Source: the human T2T-CHM13v2.0 reference genome, Homo sapiens. From it: a DNA stretch of 64,000 nucleotides. The number at the start of each line of letters is the position of its first letter. Position 1 is the stretch's first letter. Shown one piece after another: positions 1 to 13,986 of the stretch. A program made the position numbers and the translations under genes. The notes beneath the pieces were generated by a model. The model saw only the letters and a program-made list of their open reading frames with translations. It had not been told where the DNA came from and did not search any database. Location of the stretch: NCBI RefSeq assembly GCF_009914755.1, contig NC_060939.1, one strand, 5' to 3'.

Positions 1-329
1 AACAAACCACAAGTGTATAAAGTAGAGAAATTCAGGAAGCCAATAGCAAAAGAACTTAGCAGTGAGTAGGCATGTTCAGAATAGAAGTGTAAGATAAACG
101 TAATATTAACCATTATAGAAATTAAGCTAAATTTGAAAAAACCAAAAGACAATATTAAAAATGGAATAATGATCATGATTATAGAAATGAAAAAATAAAG
201 TGAGCAAAATAAAACCATTATAATGAATAAATGATTAAAATACCTATATAGAAAATGCTGGTTATAGAAGAGAAAAAGGATAGTGTACATTTGTAAAACT
301 GAGTACCCAAAATTTTCTAAAAATCTGAT

Positions 330-807
330 ATAATAACTTCATTGCTGCCTAACAAAATACCCTAAAATTCAATGACTCCAAACAAGCACCATTTCATGTA
401 TTCAGTTTTTGTGGGGGAGGAATCAGAAAGGGTTCGGCTGGGTAATTATTTTGCTCTCTGTTCTGTCAACCGCAGTCAGCTGGTGGCTGTGCTGAATTAC
501 ATGTTCCAAATATATTTGGCTCTTACACACAGCCTATCTTTCTACACGGCTAATTTGGGCTTCATCCCAGGGTAGTCTAACCATCTGACCAGCCCATAGT
601 GGTTGGCTTCCAAGCAGGAGTGTTCCAAGTGAGGTAAAAGCAGAAGTTGCAGATCTCTTGAGGTCTGGCCTCAGAAATTGTACAGCCTCACTTCCATCCA
701 TTCTATTGGTCAAAAACAGAGAACCTGCCCAGATTCTAGGTGACAATATTTCCCACCACTTGATTTTGGTGGGGAGTGGCAAAGAATTTGCACCCATCTT
801 CTACTAC
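330..807 (-). mobile_element. MLT1 (MLT1I/J-like) ERVL-MaLR solo LTR
   Basis: Starts ATTGCTGCCTAACAAAATACCCTAAAA, contains CACTTCCATCCATTCTATTGGTCAAAA and ends AAAGAATTTGCACCCATCTTCTACTACA, matching the recalled reverse-strand MLT1 LTR. Confidence 0.75.
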
Positions 808-998
808 ATAAGTATATAACTCAAGAAAATAATATAAGAAATAAAAGAAAATTTGAATAACATGCTGAAAATACATCCCGTGTTCCAGGAAAAACTGAAC
901 CTAAATAATCACCATCAAACCATAGGCTTGTCATTTTCACAGACTCCAAATTATACAAATTGCTAACACTTACTGAGTACTTACCATATGCCAGACAT

Positions 999-1149
999 AA
1001 GGTTGCCAGATTTAGCAAATAAAAATGCCCCATGCAATACTTGGGACATACTTACACCAAAAAAATAAAATAAAATAAATACAACAACTCATTGTTTTTC
1101 TGAAGTTCAAATTTTAACCAGGCATCTCTTATTTTATCTGGCAATGCTT
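999..1149. mobile_element. MER53 hAT MITE with internal deletion, inserted in a MIR fragment (approx. 962-1162)
   Basis: Terminal inverted repeats GGTTGCCAGAT...ATCTGGCAA and core TGGGACATACTTA. The flanks rejoin to the MIR-like GCTAACACTTACTGAGTACTTACCATATGCCAGACA|TCTAAGCACT. Confidence 0.8.
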
Positions 1150-1432
1150 CTAAGCACTATTTAAGAAATCTACTAGAGGTGGAATTCCAGCCAAACAAAA
1201 AATAATTATAAAATGAGGGAAAAACATCTAGCAGTAAGCACTGAATTTATTTAATAGCAAGCTAAAACAAATATGGGGATGAGTTTACTAAAATAAAGTG
1301 TAAACATATGCTCTGAGTATGTAGAAAGCCTGTAACTAACAAACATTTGAAGGTGAGGATGGGGGTGAAAAGTGAGCAGCAGTCTACAGATGCAGAGTTC
1401 TTCATTTTTACCAGGAAATTAGAATTTATGTT

Positions 1433-1512
1433 ATTCCATTGGCGCAAAAGTAATTGTGATTATTGCTATTAAAAGTAATGGCAAAACCGCAATTACTTTT
1501 GCACCAACCTAA
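1433..1512. mobile_element. MADE1 (Hsmar1-derived 80-bp MITE)
   Basis: TTGGCGCAAAAGTAATTG...GGCAAAACCGCAATTACTTTTGCACCAACCTAA followed by TA. Confidence 0.9.
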
Positions 1513-1661
1513 TACAACTGACTACTTAAATAATAGGTCTATACTCATAATGCTATAATGGTAGACATTATGAAAAATCATAATTAAGTAGAAGATGACA
1601 TTGTAGAGAAATGAGAGGAGAGAAAAGGAAATATGCTAATTTTATCATTGTTTATAATAGG

Positions 1662-2090
1662 CATATCAGTCAGGGTCCCAACAGAAAAGAGATAGCATTC
1701 TTAAAAGAAGAAAACTTAAGACAGGATTATTTTCAAAGGGATATTTTACAACATGAGGGTTTAGGGAAATCGCAGGGAATGAAGCAGGAACCAGGGTTAT
1801 TATACCTATCTCAGAAAGAAGGAAGAAAGCAGCATTGCTAGAATTCAGGAGTACAGAGTTATATAGAATTGGTCCCAATAAAAAGAACAGTGGTGGTAAG
1901 TCAAGGGCACAGATTTTCCCTCCTCCCTCCAGCCTATGGCTTGCCAGAATTCATCATTGGCTGAGCCTAATCAGAAGCCAGAGGTTATGGGAATTTATTT
2001 ATATGGTTCCTAAGGGTCAGACTTCTCAATCAAAGAGAAGAGATAGAAAGATGGAGAGTGAATCTCAAGGGGAAAACAAGATATTTGGTG
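1662..2090 (-). mobile_element. ERVL-type solo LTR (LTR41-like)
   Basis: Begins ATCAGTCAGGGTCCCAACAGAAAAGAGATAGCA and ends GAGTGAATCTCAAGGGGAAAACAAGATAT, resembling recalled LTR41 termini. Subfamily uncertain. Confidence 0.5.
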
Positions 2091-2254
2091 TGATAGTGTG
2101 ATAGCATACACTGTCTGAAGAAGTAGATCACTTGGGGGATTATATAATGGTATAGTTATAAAAGTACCACTACGGCAAAAATAAACATATCAAAGGAAAT
2201 AGACATCAAAAAACAAAGCAACACCATAGCCACATTAAAGATTTTTACAAGCTA

Positions 2255-2294
2255 TTAGGATGGTGCAAAAGCAATTACTTTTGCACCATCCTAA
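2255..2294. mobile_element. Internally deleted MADE1 (40-bp hairpin) flanked by TA
   Basis: TA-TTAGGATGGTGCAAAAG-CAATTA-CTTTTGCACCATCCTAA-TA, with perfect 17-bp arms. Confidence 0.85.
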
Positions 2295-2329
2295 TATAAA
2301 ATAGAAAGCAGATTATAAGATAATTTGAG

Positions 2330-4930
<2,601 letters not shown>

Positions 4931-5031
4931 CATCCATTAAAGTAACACATGCAACTCTCTCTCTCTCTCTTTTTATATATATATTTGTATGAATAAAATA
5001 TTTTTGGAAAAATATTTAAGAGACAGAAAGC

Positions 5032-5184
5032 ATTTTTTTCTTTATTTCTTCTTTGAAACTGGGTCTCATTACGTTGCCCAGGCTTGTCTCCAGCTTTTGA
5101 GCTCAAGCCATGAACCCAGAGAATTCTCTCACTTCAGCCTCTGGAGTAGCTGGGATTACAGATGTGCACCACCATGGCCACTGC
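5032..5184 (-). mobile_element. FLAM_A-like Alu monomer
   Basis: GGGTCTCATTACGTTGCCCAGGCT...GAGTAGCTGGGATTACAG. 12-bp TSD AAGAGACAGAAA at 5018-5029 and 5185-5196. Confidence 0.8.
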
Positions 5185-6247
5185 AAGAGACAGAAAATAC
5201 TGTTGCCTATAGTATGCAGAATGGCTGAGGTCAGAGGTGGATTGAAGAGTGTTTTCTAAATACTTTATATGTTTGAATTTTACACCATGTATACGTATTA
5301 CCTATTCAAAAAATCAAATACACACAATTTAAACATTTTAAAAAAGAAATTCACAAAGTGAGTAAGAGCAATTCTTAGTCACAGGAATAAACTAAAGCAT
5401 TATCATAAATATATCAAGTATATTATAGGAAGGGAGATTTCCAACCCCTAGAATTCTTGTCATATCCCTACCTGCTCACTCTGCAGACTTAGTCTAAGAA
5501 ATTGCCTGGCTTACAATGCTCTATGCAGCCTCCAAATATTCAAGACATCTGGAAATTCAGCATCTTCTGGTTTTATTGAAGATTTTTTAAAAGTTGACAA
5601 AGGTTTTCTTTTTTATTCTCTCTAAGTTACTGCAGTTAATAAATAAAGACACAAAGAAAATATATTTGATGGGTTGCATTAAAATTTCCATGAGCATAGA
5701 GATTTGTGTTTTGAGAATTTTATTTCAGGAACCTGGGTCTGGATGAGAACCAAGTACCCACTAGCAGATGCATCTGGTGATTTCAGCAGGGGCCCTATTG
5801 GAATGATCAGAGACTCCTTTGTGGATGTTTGCCTCTGATACAAAGCAGTCTTAAGACAGGATAGATTTATGTGTATTGGCAGAGCCAAGTAGCAAATGGA
5901 ATGTGTTCTCACAGTATGTCTGGCCTGAGCCTGTGTGATTAAATCCTGACTTTGATGAATCCCAGACCTTCAGGGAAGAGAAAATAAAGCCAGAAGACAG
6001 TTGGTTAATAAGAAATTACTGAATCAGCCAAGTTCTAAGATGTTGCAAAAGGACAACATTTAGAAGATACACAGAGAAATTGAGATAAAAAATTAGAGAA
6101 TAAAAATTATACTTTTCCAAAAATAATAGTCCCTCTTCACCTCCATTTTGCTTCCATATCATTGTGCAACCAAACTTATATTATCACCCAAAGTACAGCA
6201 CTTATTCCAAAGCATTACAAGATTTTGCTTATGTACCTTCTTTTTCA

Positions 6248-6375
6248 ATAGTCTGTGGATTCCTTGCAGAGAAGGAAAGCTTGTTACTTTTTCTTACATA
6301 AGCAGGGTCTCCTGTAATGTGTGATACACAGTCAACATTCAATATTTTGTAGAGAGAGGGAGGCAATGAATAGAT
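6248..6375 (+). mobile_element. L2 3'-end fragment
   Basis: Degenerate match to the L2 tail (TAGTCTGTGGATTCCTTGCAG...GATACACAGTCAACATTCAATATTTTG...AATGAAT). Confidence 0.45.
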
Positions 6376-6825
6376 CAACTTGTAGATGGATGGATAAATA
6401 CCAGGGACATCAATCTTACTAATGTGATTCCATAGTATATTTTCAAATGATGTGATATAAAATTGTAGAATAAGCTAATTTTATTTTATACACATTATAA
6501 AGATACATATGTATCAAAAAGATGTGATAATTCAAAAAGTTAGAATTAAGATTTGAAACAGATCTAGAAACTGTATCCAACATGAAGTACTGCTCAGTAC
6601 TTTTAAGTATTCTCAGTGGGTAGGTCACAGGTGCTTGTGAGCTTTGTGTAGACTCGTACAGAATCTTTACAGAGCTCAGTAAAATCTTGACTAAGTAAAA
6701 GGCTTGAGGAGTTGAGTGCTGTGATAAAATTAGCTGTGATAAAATCACCAACGATTTATATCAGCATCTAATAAAATGTCTCTAAAATCTAGAAACCCAT
6801 TCTTCATAGTTCCCTTAATAAAAGT

Positions 6826-7167
6826 ACACTATAAAATGACATTTTGATCAATGATGAACCACATATAAACAATGGGGGTTTCATAAGATTACAAGATACA
6901 GTTTTTATTGTATCTTTTCCATGTTTAGATATGTTCAGATAAAAAATATTCACCATTGCATTACAATTCCCTACAGTATTCAATATGGTAACATGCTATA
7001 CAGATTTGTAGCCTAGGAGCAAGAGGCTATACAATATAATCTATGTGTATACTGGGCTATACCATCTAGGTTCATGTAAATATACTCTATTATTTTCACT
7101 CAATGGCAAAATCACTTCACAATACGTTTCTCAGAATGTATTCCGGTCATTAAGCAATTCATGACTG
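6826..7167 (+). mobile_element. Tigger3a (MER7A) DNA transposon MITE
   Basis: TTTGTAGCCTAGGAGCAAGAGGCTATAC core and end TTTCTCAGAATGTATTCCGGTCATTAAGCAATTCATGACTG-TA. Confidence 0.85.
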
Positions 7168-8367
7168 TATTTTTAAAGGTGTGGTTGTTACAGTACTAAT
7201 GGCCATTGTTCAGAACATTCATTTTAATTGCCCACAATTCTAGATAATTAGACTGGATATATATTGATACCAGGACAATGTCTATTTTAAGCTATGATTT
7301 AGTTTCCACCTCCAATTAAAATGGGAAAACCATGAGAATGTGATCTAAAAATCTTAAATGAAATATTTAAGAATATGCAACAATGCATGTATACCACACA
7401 TTGAGCTGTGTCCAGGAACTCAGCAATGGTATAATATTAGAAGTTTATTAGAAGTGACATCAATAAAAATGGTGGAGTAAGGACCTCAGAAAATATTCTC
7501 CTTCACAAAAGTAATGAGAATATTCTTAAAAATATCATCAGAATAAACTTTTTCAGAACTCTGGAAATTAACCAAAGGCTTACAGAAAACTAGAGAGCAC
7601 TTATTCAAGAAAAATAGCTGAATGTCTGTAGGCCAGCTTGTGGCAATTTAACCTTCCCTATTCTCATATCCCCCACCTCCAAAGCTTTTGATATCATTGA
7701 ATATGAACAACCTGTGAATGCAGTGAAAGTGAGCAATATAGTAATCACTAGATGGGGCAGAAAAGGGTTTGATCTTCAAAGTCTCACTTTCAGAGCTTTT
7801 TATTATTTGACATATCTGGTGGTTCTTTGGAAGATTTCTTTTGCAAGGCTATATTTATTTAAACTGACCTGTGAGTTGCAGAATATGAACAGCCTTTTCC
7901 TGGGGCTAGGAAAAGCATTTGCCTAAAAAACAATTATAGACAAATGTTGAACATCACAGCTGCCTGATATCATTGATAATAGTTGAAACACACAATAAGG
8001 TCATCAAAATATTAAAATCCTGGGAAATGAGATGTCAATAGAGGACTTGAAAATGCTCTGAAAATTTTCTGGGAGTCTAAAATGCCCTGGATATCAAGAT
8101 TTTTGCATTCCCAAAGCTATGTAAATGTTTAAGAAAGATGTGAAAAGGCTTTACATTCTCATCTCTGGCCAATGCTCTTCACAAGCAGGAAGTGAAGGCT
8201 AAGGCAGTGTTGTAAACTCTGTGAGAGTTCAAGAGATGCACTTAGATGCACACACAGCCACTTGACAAAGATTTGAAGAATGATTGATTCCAGGCATCTA
8301 AGAAATTTCTGTTCCATCATCAGCAGACTGCTATGCTAATCAAGCAGAGATTTCACATGACAAAGAC

Positions 8368-8990
8368 AGAAATTATTTAGGCAGATACTGAGGGTAAGGA
8401 AGTCCTCAGTAATGTTTTCCTTTTGATGAAAAGCAGCCCCCAAATCATTTCTTTTCTAACAAAAAGCAGTCTGTAAAATCAAGCTGCAGACATAGACAAG
8501 CAAGTTGGAAGCTTGCACGGGTGAATGCTGGCAGCTGTGCAAATAGGAAAAGGCTACCTGGAGACTAGGCATGTTCAACATGGTGGTTCTATCTTCCCTT
8601 TTTCTTGCCAACCATTTGTGCAGTAGGGAGCAGACAACATGGCGTCAGCCAAGTGGAAAGCCCATTTGCATAATAAGAAGATTAGGATGGGGTGGCCAGC
8701 TTCCTCATGCTATGTAAGTATCACACCTGGTCCAACCAATCTGTGAGCCCTATGTAAATCAGACATTGCCTCCTCAAGCCTGTCTGTAAAATCCTGGGCA
8801 TTCCACTGCAGGGTGGAAGACCCATTCAAGAGCTCCTATCTCTCTCTGCAGGAGAGAGAGCTATTCTCTTTTTCTTTTGCCTATTAAACCCTCTACTCTT
8901 AACTTCACTCCACATGTATCTGTGTCCTTGATTTCCTTGGCATGAGGCAACGAACCTCAGGTATTTACCCCAGACTATGACACTGCTTCA
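8368..8990 (+). mobile_element. LTR9-family (HUERS-P3, ERV1) solo LTR, first approx. 15 bp missing
   Basis: GAAATTATTTAGGCAGATA...AAAGCAGCCCCCAAATCATTT...GGAAAGCCCATTTGCATAATAAG...ATTAAA poly(A) signal, ending GCTTCA. Confidence 0.85.
8664..8677 (+). promoter_or_regulatory. Octamer / OCT4-SOX-like composite motif inside LTR9
   Basis: ATTTGCAT followed by AATAAG. LTR9B-type LTRs are known OCT4-binding repeats. Binding at this copy is not shown by the sequence. Confidence 0.45.
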
Positions 8991-9125
8991 AAAGTATGGC
9001 CTGTAAACAACAACAACAATAACCAAATCAATTAAATTGTCACTGAGAAGGCCCAGAAGTTTTACTTATTTGACAAATATTTTAAATAAACTTGTTTAGT
9101 TGTGTTTGAAAAACTGAAAGGAAAC

Positions 9126-9509
9126 TGATAGTTTGAATTTGTGCCCCCACCCAAATCTCATATCTAATTGTAATCTCTAATATTGCAGGAGGGGCCTGGT
9201 AGGAGGTGACAGGATCATGGGGGTCAATTTCCACCTTGCTGTTCTCTCATGATAGTGAGTGAGTACTCATGAGATCTGGTTGTTTAAAAGTGTGTAGCAC
9301 TTCCCCCTTCACTCTCTGTCTCCTGCTCTGCAATGTTAACATGTGCCTGCTTCCCCTTCACCTTCCTCCATGATTGTAAGTTTCCTAAGGCCTCTGTACC
9401 CATGCTTCCTATACAGCCTATGTAACTTTGAGTTAATTAAACCTCTTTTCTTCATAAATTACCCAGTCTCAGGTAGTTCTTTATAGCAATATGAGAATGG
9501 ACTAATACA
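9126..9509 (+). mobile_element. MSTA ERVL-MaLR solo LTR
   Basis: TGATAGTTTG...CCCAAATCTCAT...CTGGTTGTTTAAAAGTGTGTAGCAC...GGACTAATACA. 5-bp TSD GAAAC/GAGAC. Confidence 0.9.
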
Positions 9510-10158
9510 GAGACATATTTAAATAATGAAAGGAACATATAAAAATAATGTCTCACCAACTAGAAGAAGGCTGTAATAAAGATATTAAGATTATAAAACA
9601 GAACCAAATGGAAATTCTAGGGTTGAAAAATGCAATCACAAAAATTGAAAATTTACCATAGAAGTGAAACATAGATTTGACCAGCTAGAATAAAGAATAT
9701 ATTTCCTAGAAGATAGTTTAATTCATTACACAGTCAAAGGAAGTAAAAGAAGAAAAGAGTAAAGACAAATGAACAGAACCTCAGAGTATCATAAGGCATC
9801 ATCAAAGATACTGATATTCACCCAATGGAAGATCCAAAAGAATAAAACAGAAGAAGAACAAATGAATATGGAAAAATAATGACTGAAAATGTCCAAAATC
9901 TGATGAAAAATGTTAATCAATACATTGGAAAAGGTCAATAACTGCAAAGGGAAAATAAATTCAAAGAAACTGAAACCTAAACACCTCATTACCAAAGTTT
10001 TTAAAGCCAGCAAGAGTGAAGGCACTTATCATGTACAAGTGATTCTAAATAAACTTAACAAGCTGATGTTTCATCAGAACCCCTGGGGGTCAGGAAGCAA
10101 TAGGATGATATATTCAAAGTGCTGAAAGGAAAAGACTGTCATCAAGAATCCTATATCA

Positions 10159-10450
<292 letters not shown>

Positions 10451-10577
10451 CAAGTAAAGGAGGAATTAAGATAAGACACTCCAAGAAAAAAAAACTGAGT
10501 TTATTGCTACCATACTCATCCTACAAGAAATGATAAATGGAGCCTTCAGACTGAAACAAAGGTAATTAGGCAATAAT

Positions 10578-11058
10578 CATGTTAAAAAGGAAGCAAAGAA
10601 TCTGAATAGACCTGTATCAATCAAAACAAGATATTTAAATAGTCAAAAAGTATATTTAAAAATTCTCAACATCACTAATTATCAGGGAAAAGCAATTCAA
10701 AACCACAATGAGATATATCACCCCAGTTAGAATACCTATTATAAAAAAGACAAAATAAATGTTGGCTAAGATGCAAAGAAAAGAGAATTCTTGTGCACTG
10801 TTGGTGGAAATGTAAATTAGTAAATCCATTATAGAAAACACTATAGAGGTTTCTCAAGAAAACTAAATATACAACTACCATATGATCCAGGAATCCCACT
10901 ACTGTGTATTTATTCAAAGGGAAGGAAATCTACTGATTTTGATTGCATCAAAGGGTGCAGTTAATACCCTCATATTAATTGCAGTACTAATCACAACAAC
11001 TAAGTGATAAAATCAACCCAAGTGTCTATCAGTGAATGAATAAATAAAGAAAATGTGG

Positions 11059-11131
<73 letters not shown>

Positions 11132-11604
11132 AATACTATTCAGCCATTAAAAGAAAGAAATCCTGTTAACATGGATGGAAATGGAGATCATTATGTTAAG
11201 CAAAACCAAACACAGAAAGACAAATATCACATGTTCTCACTCATATGTGGGAGCCAAAAAAGATGAATTCATGGAGGTAGCGGGTATAATGATAGTTGCT
11301 AGAGGTTGGGAAGAGTTGGGGGGGCTGCAAATACAGGTTGGTTAATAGGTAAAAACATATAGTTAGATAGCAAGTGTAAGTTCTAGTGTTTGATGGAACA
11401 GTAGAGTGACTATAGTTAACAATAATTTATTATGTATTTCAATATAGTGAGAAGAGAAAATTTGAAATATTCCTAATACAAAGAAATAATAAATGTTTAA
11501 GATGAATAACTATCCTTATTTGATCATTACACAATGCATGCATGTATCAAAAATCTCATTTACCCCATAAATATGTAAAATTATTTTGTATCAATAAAAA
11601 TAAA
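10578..11604 (+). mobile_element. L1MA (L1MA5-7-like) 3' fragment
   Basis: ORF2 C-terminal region plus L1MA 3' UTR (GTGACTATAGTTAACAATAATTTATT...TTGATCATTACACAATG...ATCAATAAAAATAAA). (TA)n(CA)n microsatellite at 11059-11130. Confidence 0.8.
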
Positions 11605-12470
11605 TTTTTAAAGAAATACAGGAAGTAAAGACCTCTGATAAAGGTAACTATATAGGTAAACGGAAAAGGGAGTGTAAGTGTACTTTTTGTTTCTAACTTT
11701 TTTGTCGTATCTGATTTTTTAAAAATAACTGGATAAAGCAATAATTATAAATCTATGTTGTTAAGCATACAATGGATAAATATTTAATTTATGGAAAATA
11801 ACAGCCAAAGGAAGTAGGTGGCAGAGAATGAAGTTCATAGGAGCAACAATTTTATATATTATTGAATTTAAGTTGATACTATCTGAACCAGATTGTTATA
11901 TGTTAAAGTGTTATTTTTAAATTCCAAGAAAACCACTAAAAAAACTCAAAGGAAGTAGTAAAAGAAATGATGAGGGGATAAAATTGCTAAACTAGAAAAT
12001 GTCTACTTAACACAAAAGAACTCAGTAAGAAGAGTAGAAAAAAGTATAATACATATAAAAAACAAATAGCAAAATGCTATGTGTAAATTCTACCTTATCA
12101 GTAATTACATAAAATATAAATGGATTAAATAATTCAAATCAAAGGCAGAAAATGACGGACTGGACTAAAAAACACCAAGATTCAAATATGTATTGTCTAT
12201 CAGGATAGGCTTTTTAGATTCAAAGTACAAATAAGCTGAAAGTAAAAGGATGGGAAAAGATATTCCATGCAAAAAGTTACCAACAGAGAGCTAAAATGGC
12301 TAAACTATTATCAGACAAAATAGACTTCAGGGTAAAAATTGTTACTGGAAATAAAGACTAAAGATAAAGCAGTAAATCCATCAATAATATATAACAACTC
12401 TAAACAAATATGCACCTAACAATAGAGTCCCAAAATACATGAAGCAAAAACTGACAGAATTGAAGGGAGA

Positions 12471-13940
12471 TGCCACTATGAAAACACAATTAATTATACA
12501 CACCATTGACATGAAAAAATAACCATACAGTCAGGTCTACATAACAACCAGCCAACAGCACAATGGCAGGATCAAATGTTCACATATCAAAACTGACCCT
12601 GAGTGTAAATGAACTAAATGCCCCATTTAGGCATAGAGTGGCAAGCTGGACATCAAAGCAAGATGCAACGTCTGCTATCTTCCCATCTCACAATTAAGAA
12701 CACCTATAGGTTCAAAATAATGGGATGGAGAAAGGTCTATCATGCAAACAGAAAACAAAAAAGAGTGTGCAAACGATTGTTATGTAAGATAAAACAGACT
12801 TTAAAGCAACAATAATCAAAAGGGACAAAGAGGAGCATTAAATAATCATAAAAGTCTCAATTAAACAAAAAGACTTGATCCTAAACATATACTCATTCAA
12901 CATTGGAGCACCAAAATTCATCAAACAAGTTCTTAGAGATCTATGAAGACATCTGAGCAACCGCACAATCATACTGGGAAACTTCAACACCCCAGTAACA
13001 GCATTAGATAGATCACTGAGGCAGAAAACTAAGAAAGATATTCTGGACTTAAACTTGACACTTGACCAATTGGACATAATAAACATCTACAGAATACTCC
13101 ACCCAACAACAATAGAATATACAACATATACACATGGCACATACTGTAGCCATAAAGCCAGTCTCAATAAATTCAAAATAATAAAATTAAAATTATAACA
13201 ACTGGTGCAATCAAAGACCTCAGAGCAATAAAAATAGAAGTAAATACAAAGAAGATCGATGAAAACCACACAATTACACGGATGCTAAACAACCTGCTTC
13301 TGAATGACTTTTGGGTAAAGAAAGAAATTAAGGCAGAAATCAAACATTATTTGAAACTAGTGAAAATAAAGACACAACATACCAAAATCTTTGGGACACA
13401 GCTAAAGCAGTTTTAAGAGAAAACTTTATAGAATTAAACACCTATATTAAGAAGTTAGAAAGATCTCAAATTAATAACCTAACATCACACCTAGAGTAAC
13501 TAGAAAAACAAGAGCAAACAAACACCAAAGACAGAAGAGGAGAACAAATAACCAAAATCATATTAAACTGAATGAAACTGAGATGTGAAAATCCATACAA
13601 AAGATCAACAAAATAAAATCTTGTTTATTTGAAAGATTAAATATCAATGACAAACCACTAGCTACATTAATTTAAAAAAGAGAAGATCTAAATTAACACA
13701 ATCGGAAATAACAAGGGGGACATTACAACTAATCCCATAGAAATACAAACAACTCTTAGAGACTACTACTAAGAACACAACTATGAATGCAAACTAGAAA
13801 ACCTAGAAGAAATGGATAAGTTCCTATAAACACAGATCCTCCCATGATTGAACCAGGAAGAAATTAAAATTCTGAATAAACCAATAATAAGTTCCAACAT
13901 TAAATTACTAATAAGAAGCTTACCAACCCCTCCCTCCCCC

Positions 13941-13986
<46 letters not shown>

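Noticed and set aside
999-1149. MER53 as a miR-1302-type hairpin precursor
   Set aside because: Most of one arm is deleted, so the long stem cannot form.
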